From Raja brachyura (taxonomy: Eukaryota), in NCBI GenBank assembly GCA_963514005.1, contig OY740807.1, positions 15,190,001 through 15,254,000 of the forward strand: DNA of 64,000 nt, given 5' to 3'. Below are positions 12,445 to 23,173 of the stretch, piece after piece (positions within the stretch are counted from its first letter, which is position 1; each line of letters opens with the position of its first letter). The translations under genes and the position numbers were made by a program. The notes below the pieces were generated by a model. The model ran no database searches. It saw only the letters and a list, made by a program, of their open reading frames with translations, and was not told where the DNA came from.

Positions 12445-13639
12445 CTGCACACAGGGAACAGAACATGAGCCAACAGCACGTGACAAACAACTAAATATAT
12501 ATTCATAATACTTTAAGACTATTAACAGAAGTGTTGCAACACTTACTGGAATTAAACCAAGACGACACATTTGTAATACTTTTTAAAGATTAATAGTTGT
12601 TAAAAATTGCAGAACTACACTATGAAAGCAAATTACACACCGCAAAGAAAAAGCAAAGCACACTTTAAAAATAAGACACACCAATGCATAAAGCAACAAA
12701 ACAGTCTTGGAACCTGTAACTTTAACATGGCAACTGAAATCCATAGGGAACTACGGAATTTAGTACATTTTCATTCCAATTCTCTGGACTGTATGATTTG
12801 GATACATTAATCAACCTAATTAATTTTCAGAATTAGATGTTGCCAAATTAAGTTGCTACAGGATAATTCTTCATATTATTATTTGGAGCTTTGGTGACAA
12901 ATGTGAACCTGATTGGTCTGGATGGAGCCATTGCAAGTGCATGCATTCACATGAATCACACCAATTACAATCACCACATGGCAGCAATTCAATATGACTG
13001 TGGCATGCAGCTGTGACAGTCATGGTTGAACCAGCAAAATAATAAGGAAAATAAATACACAAACTGTGGAGCTGACAAAAGGCAATGGGGAGGAAGTGGG
13101 AAAGAGGGAGAGTCGCATGTGGAAGAGGTAGGGAGGTCCAAGGAGTTGGCCGTTGACTGTAGAATTGTGAGCAAGGGAGCGTGTGAAAGCACCCTGTTGG
13201 TGGAGCACTACTGTGGTAACAAAATGGCAAGACACTTAATGTTGAAGTGCAAATAGTTAAGGAAATATAACTCATCTAACTTCTCAATCATCCACCCTTT
13301 AATAGCCACTAAATGCACGTTGACCTCAGTTGAAAGGAGATACAGGCAGGTCAAGGGCAATGGGCTATCTCCACCCTGCAGCTTCAGATTATTGTAACCC
13401 TGATTTCTCAAGTTTATGCTTGGTTGGGAACTTCTCTAGTCTGGAAGGTGGTAGGATGAGAGGAGAAGAGAGAAATATCCCAGCATCAAGCCAGAAATAA
13501 AAGGAGGCTGGACTGTCGACAGCCACCAGTTGCCCTAAGCTTCCCTCAATCATCATTCCTATATCTGACTATAAGTGCCACTACAATTTATTTTGCCTTT
13601 GAAAAACAGCTCATATTTCAGGGATTACACGAGGCTTGA

Positions 13640-13960
13640 AATTGGCGACATGTGTCCACCGCCCTACATTTCACGCTGCCTCTGAAAAGCCTCTTCCCCT
13701 CAGTCATCAGGCTTTAGAACAGTCCTTCCATAAGCTAGAGTACTGCCCGATTCACCTCTACCCCCTTGTGGACATTGGACTTTGTGTATGGAACTGATGC
13801 GTGACAATGCTGAGAAATATATATTCTGCACTGTATTTTCCCCTTTGCTCGATCTATTGTACTTGAGTTTGACTTGATTGTATTTCTATATGGTATATCT
13901 GATCTGTTTGGACAGCATGCAAAACAAAGCTTTTCACTGTACACGTGACAATAAAAACCT
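13640..13960 (+). mobile_element. L2/Rex-like LINE 3' end
   Basis: Shared 3' UTR tattctgcactgt...gcatgcaa...gtgacaataaa, also seen at 28260-28385. Confidence 0.55.
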
Positions 13961-14790
13961 AAGCAAACTAATGCTGAGATTTCTCATCTTCTCACCTTGC
14001 CTCACCAGTTTGAGGATGAGAAGATGAAAGCTATCATCCAGCCTTGTGCCATAGTCTATCCTCATTCCTTGCTCCCTCCACTTCCTTGTCCTTTCTGGCC
14101 AACAAACGGATTTATTCCTGCTTTTCCCTTCTCTCTTTTAAAGACTCAATTTCATACCCTCCATTCCTTCAAAAATTACCTCTGTGCAGCAATCAGTTAC
14201 AGACATTCTGGTGGCAGCGTCCAACAGGAACTGAGATTAACTGAACATCCAAAGGGACCCTGGTCAATGGTTGTTTCAGCAGATCAACCTATGGCCATTA
14301 TCACAACCAGAGCTCAAAGGGGGATACAAGCAAACATTTTCAACTGATTTTTAGTATGGAAGTGAAATGCAGTCCAGTGTCATTTATATTTCACTTGTTC
14401 TTTTCGCTCTGCCCCCCTCCCCCTTTCCTGCTGATGGAAATTCCACTGCTACTGCCAGGATACTCCAAGCAATTCCCAAAACATTTAGAACATCACAGAC
14501 TAGCATCAAAGCAAAGCTCTCTACTAGGCTAACAATGGAAATAGTTCTAACAGTGTCTTCAACTCTAAATGTCAAGTTGGTTTCTCTTCCACAGATGCAG
14601 CCCTATCTGCATCTTGTATTTTTATATTCAGGAAGAACAGAGTTCTTGCTTCATGCATTTATTCTTGTTCTAAAATGCAAAGACCAGAATTGACACCTGC
14701 CTTTTAATAAGCATATTTGGTAATAGTGCAGTTAATTATTTCTTATATTGCCCATCTAAAATCCTTATGGTAGAATACTTCAGTTCTTCA

Positions 14791-15060
14791 TGTAACGTTT
14801 TAAAAGGTTCAGGAACTGTTTGCAGAACTTCCTTAAAAGTTACAACTTTGGAATCACTACAGTTCCCCATTTTAATGCTTAATACAATGATGCAGCAATT
14901 AACCACAATTATCACTTGCACTTTACTGCTTTATTTAAAAACATTTAGTGTCTATACAAACAGGGATATTTCAATTTCCACAAAAGCTATCTTAGATTTG
15001 TTAAATCAGTTGCAAACAATCAGAAGTTTTGAACAGTCTAATGAAGCAAATCAGGTTCTC
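14791..15060 (+). repeat. Copy 2 of an approximately 275-bp direct duplication
   Basis: Collinear with 11559-11837. Confidence 0.9.
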
Positions 15061-15077
15061 AAATCTTGCTGTTTGAA

Positions 15078-15283
15078 TGTTAAAGAAGGAAGAAGCAGAT
15101 GCTGGAGAATCGAGGGTTACACAAAAAGCTGGAGAAACTAAGCGGGTGCAGCAGCATCTAAGGAGCGAAGGAGATAGGCGACGTTTCGGGTCCAGACCCT
15201 TCTCGACCCGAAATGTCGCCTATCTCCTTCGCTCCTTAGATGCTGCTGCATCTGCTGAGTTTCTCCAGCTTTTTGTGTAACCC
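15078..15283. mobile_element. Palindromic Penelope-derived short retroelement
   Basis: 14-bp TSD tcttgctgtttgaa (15064-15077, 15284-15297). Inverted arms of about 85 bp; the CTGAAGA core is deleted at the axis. Confidence 0.88.
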
Positions 15284-16054
15284 TCTTGCTGTTTGAACTT
15301 CATCAAGTCTGGCTTGCAATGTGGACTTCTAATTGCCCTTGTCACTGTAACCCAGAATGCTCAAGAAACATGACAATACAGACAAGTGGGGAAGGAGAAC
15401 TAGTAAATTATACAACACAGAACGCATTATGTGCTTGCACCAGGGAAGCTCTCAACACCCAACTCAGTCTAAAACAAGTCATTGGTTCCAGATCAGGATC
15501 AATTGAAATTGCAGAGAAAATAAAATTCATCGCAGGTTAGCTACTGAAAAAAAACAAGACATCCATTTATACAACAATTTCCTTGGAACATCTCAACGGT
15601 TTACAGCCTTCGAGGGACTTTTGAAGTGTGTTACTGCCATAATGTGGAAATGGGCTGGGCATGAAGAGCAAGCTCCCACAGATACCAGTCTGATGATGAC
15701 TTCCTGGCCTGTTTGATTAAGAGTGAAATGTTCACCAAGTGACTTCTCACCTCGCCCCTCTCTAGATTAAGTGAGGTAGGATCTCAAATCTAACAGTCCA
15801 AAACTCTCAACATAGGTTTCTGTTTTGCCTCAAGTATTTAGAGTGGGACCTGAAGCCGCAGCAAAGTGGACACAATCAGCCAAAGTAGAACACAAGAAAA
15901 TTGAAGCTATCTTGCTATTTGAACTTCATCAGATCTGGCCTGCAACGTGGACTCCTAATTGCCCACTGGAAAGTGCAGGAATTGAGTGAGTGGAGAATTA
16001 CAAAATTGGACCAACTCGAGAACATCTAGGCAAATCTAATCTGTAGATTGCTTG

Positions 16055-16390
16055 TATCACTGGATTAGTATCCAGCGAGCTGGACCACTGGTAACATGCG
16101 CTCAACATCATGATAACTAGACAACTTAAATTAACTTCATTAAACAGCCATGGAAATCAAGAACTAATATCACTGGCAGTCACGATGAAACTACCAGCAC
16201 AGAAAAAAAAAAATCAAGTTCATTGATCCCCAATAGTGACTGAACCCTATTCTTAACCCAGTGGGACTTGTATGCAATTCCAGACCCATCCATGGTTGAC
16301 TCCTAACTGCCTCCTCAGTTGACAGTTAAACAAATGAACAAAGAATGGCGGTGTTGCCAGATGTGTCCAGATCTCAAACAAATAAGGGAA
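16055..16390 (+). mobile_element. Degenerate shark-type tRNA-derived SINE
   Basis: gattagtatccag, gatgaaactac, ccagaccca..tggttgactcctaactgcc and ttgccag motifs. A reverse copy lies at about 32000-32360. Confidence 0.5.
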
Positions 16391-16779
16391 AAATCTGAAG
16401 ATGCACTGTGTCATTTATGGCCGACATATGCAAGACTTATAAGACAGATGCAGATAATGAAAATTAAAAGATTTTATTGAATGTGTGATTCTGTAAAGTT
16501 CAACATGAAGTCTACAAGGAACATTCATTCTAAGGGCACAAAGTGGGTTGACAGTTACCACAGACTATGTAGTGGGTTACACAATTTTCCTCCTCTCATC
16601 TCCAAAGCACAAGAACTCCCGTACTCATGCCGATTTGGGTCACTGGTAGCGTTCCATTTCCAGGGGACAATCCTCAACCTGAGCCCAAACAGGTTTGGGA
16701 AACCACCTGACCGAATCATATTGGAACTGACCCTGTCAACGCAGGTCCAGAGGCTGTTACCAGCCAGACCGTAATAACT

Positions 16780-17062
16780 ACAGTAGCAAAGCTGGTAGAG
16801 CTGCTGTCCCACAGTGCCCAGAGACCACAGTGCAATCGTGACCTCGGATGTGGTATGCGTGGAGTTTGCGACCTGGTGGGTTTTTCTCCAGGTGCTCCAG
16901 TATCCTCCCACATTCCAAAGGCGTGTGATTTTGTAGATTAATTGGCCTCTGGACATTGTGCCTAATGTATAAGGTGGATATGAAAGTGGGATAACATGGA
17001 ACCTAGTGTGAATGGGTGATCGATGGTTGGCTTGGATTCGGTAGGCCAAAGGACCTGTTCAA
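16780..17062 (+). mobile_element. V-SINE (HE1-like)
   Basis: gctggtagagctgctg tRNA head; tgcgtggagtttgc; ggtgctccagtatcctcccacattccaaag. Confidence 0.8.
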
Positions 17063-19057
17063 TCAATTAGAGTAGAAGACTGGATTCTAATCAATTGCAC
17101 CTAGCTAGTCTGAGCATCCGTAATGGGACTTGGATAACATCCCCATCTGATACCTCATACATAATCACCAGTAGATTGGGCTTCACTCAATGCAGTCAGG
17201 GAGTTGCTATAAGCAAAAATGTTTAATGTGCTCATAAACCTGATGACAGTTTGAGAGCAGTGATCCAGAGCAGAAGATGACACGATGATTTATCAACCCC
17301 GCACTTGGGCACAGAATGCAGGTGAAAGCATTAATCTTGTGACCAAGAGATATTACTTTGGATGAACATTCACTCCCATTTCTAGTCAGGAACTTCGACC
17401 TGAGGTCACGGAACTAACGCTGGGAAATAGGCTTAGTGTAGATGGTATTTAAATGGTCAGCAGGGACGAGGTGGGCCATATGGTCTATTTTTGTGATGTA
17501 TGACTCTATGACTATTCAAAATTGGCAGGCAGGTAGGTAGGTAGGTAGGGCCAAGAAAATAAGGAGAAGTTAGAGGAAAAATAAAATCACGATGAACCAG
17601 AAGTGAAAGGGGGGAAACATTTCGGAAAGGTCAGAGCACTGATTTGTTTCTAGTATTGAATAAAACACTGATGTGTTGAGTAGGTGTATGAGAATGCAAG
17701 TCTGATGTGCCTGGATGTACCCTGATTAATACTTCAGAGTATAGATGTTAATGTAATCAATTTATGTCTTCAAAGTGGAAGGATTTATGGATTTCAATTA
17801 TTTCTTACCTTCCAAACACTTCCTGCTCCTAAATCTCTGCTACAACTACTATCCAACTCCAAAATGGTATATAGCCGTTCCGCTGAACACCTTCCCTTTC
17901 AGTGTCTACCAGCCTTTCACAGACAGGGTATGACTTGTCACACTCTGAGAGAAGGCACCGAGAGGCTTTGCAAGTTTAGGAGTGGCAAGCTGGAAAGAGA
18001 GGGGTTGGAGATTTTGGATGTGGTTAATCGAGCACAACACAAGCTGTGAAATCTAAATCTGAAGCAACCATCAGGTTCACATTGCTTTGAAAATAAAATG
18101 CTAATCATGCTCAATTTTCTCATCTGAAATTTATTTACATGACACATGGTCATCCGAGTTTAAAGCTTTAAACTATTTTCTTCCTTCTCACTCTGACCAC
18201 ACATTCATTTTCATGACAGGTTGTGATTCTGTAGGTTGAATCTTCCAAACTGTTTTATATACCATCTGGAGGCAGAAATACAGTGCCTTAGGAAATTAAG
18301 CAAATAACTTGGTTTGAAAAGATTTAATGTCAATTTTGCCCCTTCTCTCACCCTCTGCAAAAGGCAGTCAATCCTGCACGGAGAACATCTCCAGGAAGGA
18401 GGAGGGATCTGGTAGTTCTTCCACTGCCAAAACCAAGCTGACAGTAAGCACTGCCTGCTTTCACAGCCAAACATGATCAGCCCCTGAAATTCACACTGCG
18501 CAGCATTGTCTACCAGCTAGATATTTGGAGCGAAGGTCCTTTTCTTTTCCTGTGGAATGATTTAACAGCTGAAGGGAACAATGGAGAACAGAATGGAACA
18601 ACCAGTCTTTCGGCACAGTGAGAGTAAAATTAGGACCAGATATTCACTGTGTGCTCGCTATTTGCAAGCTGCAGGGAAGCTAATGGGACAGCCTCTGCCA
18701 CCTTGAATAAGCGGAATACTGTTTACCTCTTCATTAAAATAATGTTATCTGCCCCTTTAACACTTGTTGACCAGAAAGCAGATTAATTGCATCCTCTACA
18801 ACATTATCCCATGGTCGGCTGCTAGGAGGCACATAAACACAGCCTGGAGCATTAGTATGATAAATTTGCACTCATACTTTTGCGGGTGTACACAACTAAA
18901 GACTATGATATCACAGCCTCGTATAGTACCAAAAAAAGTTCAATAATTAAGAGAGCTTCATTCTAAATAAAACTGTTGGGGAATTTAGGCAAGTTGATTG
19001 TACTTTACATCAACATTTACATATTTCCTTGCATTACACAGCAAGTAATTTGATGGG

Positions 19058-19932
19058 GGGTACACAAAAAGCTGGAGAAACTCAGCGGGTTCAGCAGCAT
19101 CTAAGGAGCGAAGGAGATAGGCAACGTTTTGGGCCGAAACCCTTCTTCAGACTGATGGGAGGTGGGGGGGCGTGGAGAAGAAAGGAAAAAGGAGGAGGAG
19201 GAGCCTGAGGGAGAGGTGGGAAAGGGAGGAGACAGCAAGGGTTAACAGAATTGAGAAAATTCAATGTTCAAGCCAAGAGGCTGCAGACTCCCCAAGCGGA
19301 ATATTAGGAGCTGTTCCTCCAATTTGCGGTGTTGCTCACCCTGGCCGTGGAGGAGGCCCAGGACAGAGAGGTCGGATATGGAATGGGAGGGGGAGTTGAA
19401 GTGCTGAGCCACCGGGAGGTCGGGTTGGTTATTGCGGACCGAGCAGAGGTGTTCGCCGCCCCTCAAAATAAGGGAAGGTATCCCATGCCGGGGGGCCACA
19501 TGAGTGGCACGGGTGGGGGATCGATTCGCGAAATTTGAAAAATGTGTATAGACTGTATGGAACAATTTGTATAGCCTCCGAAAATGTCGGATGGATTTTT
19601 CGCACAGTTGATGTATTGTATATATTTATTACTTGAATAAAGTCTATTTTGAAATATTTTTTAAAAAAAGGACCGAGCGGAGGTGTTCGGCGAAACGCTC
19701 GCCAAGCCTCCGCTTGGTCTCACCGATATAGATCAGCTGGCATCTAGAGCAGCGGATGCAGTAGATGAGGCTGGAGGAGGTGCATGTGAACCTCTGTCGG
19801 ACCTGGAAGGACTGCTTGGGTCCATGAAAGGAGTGGAGGGGGGAGGTATAGGGACAAGTGTAGCATCTCTTGTGGTTGCAAGGGAAAGTGCCCGGGGAAG
19901 GGGTGGAGCGGGAGGGAAGGGAAGAATTGACA
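19058..19932 (-). mobile_element. 5'-truncated Penelope-like element with GIY-YIG endonuclease and hammerhead-bearing terminus
   Basis: FTCTSSSLIYCIRCSRCQLIYIGETKRRLGERFAEHLRSV + RNNQPDLPVAQHFNSPSHS..FRLGSLQPLGLN. 15-bp TSD aagtaatttgatggg (19043-19057, 19933-19947). Terminus reads tcagtctgaagaagggtttcggcccaaaacgttgcc. Confidence 0.93.
19456..19669 (+). mobile_element. A-tailed LINE 3' end (L1/Tx1-like) nested in the Penelope GIY-YIG ORF
   Basis: 20-bp TSD ggaccgagc(a/g)gaggtgttcg (19436-19455, 19670-19689); aataaa followed by an A-rich tail. Confidence 0.8.
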
Positions 19933-20209
19933 AAGTAATTTGATGGGACTTTCATCAATGCTGGATGGAAATCCATAGGCTCCAGCATAACCACCGGAAA
20001 ACGAACTTATGCAACTAACATAACCACAGGAGTTTCTTTCTCAGCTCTATGCTTCTGTAGCTCCATGGTCAAGTTCCTGCTTTATTAGCAGGATCTTTAG
20101 ACACTCTGTAAGCATCCGTTGGAGAGAGAGGTTCAGTACATTTGAGGGATAGCACGTTAGTAAGTCAACTTCATTAGAAGTCCTGGTTCTGCCAATCCTA
20201 TCTCTTATT

Positions 20210-21005
20210 GAAGATAGGATTGTATGCAGATTATCTTGTGGTCTTTAGTCCATCTACCGCTGGTCTCCAGCAGTTCCTTACTATATGTTCCGTGTATGGT
20301 GTGGATCATGATATTAAATATAATGCTGGTAAGAGTGCTGTTATGATCTGTAGAACTAAAGAGGATAAATGTCTAAAATGTTCTTGTTTTTAAATTGTCT
20401 GATAATAATCTTAGTGTCTGTAATAAGGTAAAATATCTTGGACATTTTATTACAGAACAAATGACAGAGGATGAGGATATTTACAGGGAACGGCATGTGA
20501 TGTATCCACAAGCAAACATTCTCTTACTCAAGTTTAGTGCTTGTACAGATGGAGTGCTGATGTCTCTATTCAGAGCATATTGTACACCACTCCATAATGC
20601 ACACCTATGGTCAAACTGCAGAAAGCAAGCTGACAGAGACTTCAAGTAGCTTGTAATTATGCCATGAGAATATTACTTAAAAGACCTGGATGGTGTAGTG
20701 CAAGTGAAATGTTTGTGGCTGCAGTCAATACTTTACAAACTGTCTTAAGAAATCTTTTGTATAAATTTATTTGCCAGATTAATGACTCTGAAAATGAAAT
20801 CATCTTGGCCTTATCAAACATAAAGTTTAGCACTACACGTTACCAATCCCAGTTGTGGAGACATTGGTATAGTTGTTTCGTTGTAGGACACTGTTTTTTT
20901 TTTAATTCTTGATCTAAAACCATGTATTGTGCTTTTGTATGCAATTTATTCTATGTAATGTCTTGTCTTTTATCTGGACCTTGAGTCTGTAATAAAATGT
21001 GACTA
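20210..21005 (+). mobile_element. Non-LTR retrotransposon 3' fragment (RTEX/L2-like RT)
   Basis: LYADYLVVFSPSTAGLQQFLTICSVYG..IKYNAGKSAVM, VKYLGHFI, SLFRAYCTPL; broken by stops and frameshifts; 3' UTR with aataaa. Confidence 0.85.
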
Positions 21006-21475
21006 AGTAAATCCTAATCAGATTTATCTGATGAAGAGACCTCAAGAGTAGAAGTACTGCACCATTCGGCAGATTTTTATTTTAAATGTTCATTTGAAAA
21101 ACTGGGTGGGGGCCTGGAATAACTATCTGATGTACTCACTGTGTTATAGATGATACTGCCTAAATTATTAACACATCATGAAGTGCTGAATATGGTTCTC
21201 GAGCAGAGCTGAGGGCATGTTGTAAGATCAGGAATGGATGGCCCTTGAGTACAGAGTGGGATGTGATCAGCAGTGCTATCAATAGGGAATGGCAGGCTGA
21301 GATTTCAAATATACAGTACATAATAACTCCCACTTAGAAAGCTTCTATGTAGATTTAATCTTAAAAGGGAACGAGGAAGAATTAAATTGTAGAAATGGAA
21401 ATATTCATAGGATTATGAATAAACACTGGGGCCACACGATCATTTGATCATGCAATTATATAGAGCACTGATGAA

Positions 21476-21828
21476 CTGGGTTGGACAGGCTAGATGCAGG
21501 AAGATTGTTCCCGATGCTGGGGAACTCCAGAACAAGGGGTCTCAGTTTAAGGATAAGGGGGAAGTCTTTTAGGACCGAGATGAGAAGATCATTTTTCACA
21601 CAGAGAGTGGTGAGTCTGTGGAATTCTCTGCCACAGAAGGTAGTTGAGGTCAGTTCATTGGCTATATTTAAGAGGGAGTTAGATGTGGCCCTTGTGGCTA
21701 AAGAGATCAGGGGGTATGGAGAGAAGGCAGGTACAGGATACGGAGTTGGATGATCAGCCATGATCATATTGAATCGGCCGAAGGGCCGAATGGCCTACTC
21801 CTGCACCTATTTTCTATGATTCTATGAA
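21476..21828 (+). mobile_element. Young CR1 LINE 3' end
   Basis: LDAGRLFPMLGNSRTRGLSLRIRG..FFTQRVVSLWNSLPQKVVE; (ttctatg)n tail; very similar to 36797-37262. Confidence 0.93.
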
Positions 21829-21844
21829 ACATGAATTTTGGTCT

Positions 21845-22325
21845 CCCTACTCAAAGTAGGATACTCTTGCAGTAGAGGGAGTGCAATGAAGGTTTACCAG
21901 ATTGATTCCTGGGATCAGGAGATTGTTCAGTGAGCAGGAATTAAGTAGACTGGGCTTATACTCTCTGAACAAGAAAAAAAGGAACAAGCAATCACAGAAA
22001 CATGCACCATTCTTACAGGACTTGCAGGGTAGCTGAGGAGACAATTTCCCTGTGCAGTGCTGTCTGTGATCTGGGATTATAGTTTCAAAAATAAAAGGCC
22101 CACTGGGTGCTGAAATTAGAGGGTTTTTTTAAGGATGTTAAGGATGTGCATCTTATAAATTCTCTATCAAAGAGCTCTCCAGAAATCAATTTATTTTTGG
22201 ACATTAATGGATAAATGGGAAATTAAGCAGGTGCAGGGATATGACCCTGACGTAAGCAGTCAATCAGTCACAATCTTAATTAAAGGTGCAGTAGACATGA
22301 GGAATTGAATGGCCTAATTCTACTT
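21845..22325 (+). mobile_element. Old degenerate CR1 fragment
   Basis: gagggagtgcaatgaaggtttaccagattgattcctgggat and gactgggcttatactctct CR1 motifs. Confidence 0.65.
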
Positions 22326-22647
22326 TTGTGGCACAATCTCAAAAAGGCCAATGGATTCCTGCTGCAAATCCTTTTTATTTCTGAAAGTTATCACTGTCAC
22401 CATAAGAGACTCGATCGGTGGTAGTCAACACTAACACAAAATCATGATGGACTCTCACAGATAGTTATCTAGCTGCACTAGTAGCAAGGAGACATCAAGT
22501 AGCAGCTGCATTCCTACCGACTGAAATTTATGAGAATTATATCAGAGGTGCCTTTCACAATATCCAGGAATTAATAATAATATAAGTGAAGAAAACAAGC
22601 TCAGGTGCTGGTGCATGAATCAGTGACCAATTATCTCTACAACTGGT

Positions 22648-22870
22648 TGTTAAAGAAGGAACTGCAGATGCTGGAGAATCGAGAGGTACACAAAAAGCTG
22701 CAGAAACTCAGCGGGTGCAGCAGCATCTAAGGAGCGAAGGAGATAGGCGACGTTTCGGGTCGAGACCCTTTGGTCTGAAGAAGTGTCTCGACCCGAAACG
22801 TTGCCCATCTCCTTCGCTCCTTAGATGCTGCTGCACCCGCCGAGTTTCTCCAGCTTTTTGTGTAACCCCC
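22648..22870. mobile_element. Palindromic Penelope-derived short retroelement with a plus-strand hammerhead core
   Basis: TSD atct(c/g)tacaact (22633-22644, 22871-22882); inverted arms; ggtCTGAAGAagtgtctcgacccGAAAcgTTgcc at 22772-22805. Confidence 0.88.
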
Positions 22871-23081
22871 ATCTGTACAACTAACTAGTTCTCACAGTAG
22901 TGCTATGTACCTCCATTTCCCCAGGGCTTCAGCACATCAGAAAACCCACAGGGGCAGCTCACTGAGGGGGGCCATCGTCTGTGGCCTGGACTCAGTGGGA
23001 TAAATTACTCAGCCTAGCTACAAGTTTTAATTTTATTTATTTATAGCCTTTTCAATAAAGTAATAAAAGCATTCCCTTTAA

Positions 23082-23113
23082 GTCTGAAGAAGGGTCTCGA
23101 CCCGAAACGTCTA
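23082..23113 (+). ncRNA. Minimal type I hammerhead ribozyme motif
   Basis: CUGAAGA 23084-23090, extra A, helix II GGGU/ACCC, GAAA 23104-23107, palindromic ACGU in place of helix III, GUC cleavage triplet ending at 23111. Helix I is poor in this copy. Confidence 0.6.
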
Positions 23114-23173
23114 CTATTCCTTCACTCCATAGATGCTGCCTCACCCGCTGAGTTTCTCCAGCATTTTTGTCTA
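23082..23173 (+). mobile_element. 92-bp Penelope-derived insertion starting at a minimal hammerhead core
   Basis: 12-bp TSD cattccctttaa (23070-23081, 23174-23185); gtCTGAAGAaGGGTctcgACCCGAAAcgTC. Confidence 0.88.

Noticed and set aside
12860-13420. Cys-rich ORF (CGDCNWCDSCECM) as a host gene exon
   Set aside because: No splice or family support; more likely a decayed retroelement remnant, too degenerate to call.
15078-15283. Classification of the palindromic elements as MITEs
   Set aside because: TSDs are long and variable (12-15 bp), the arms are asymmetric, and the same sequence is the terminus of a GIY-YIG Penelope element.
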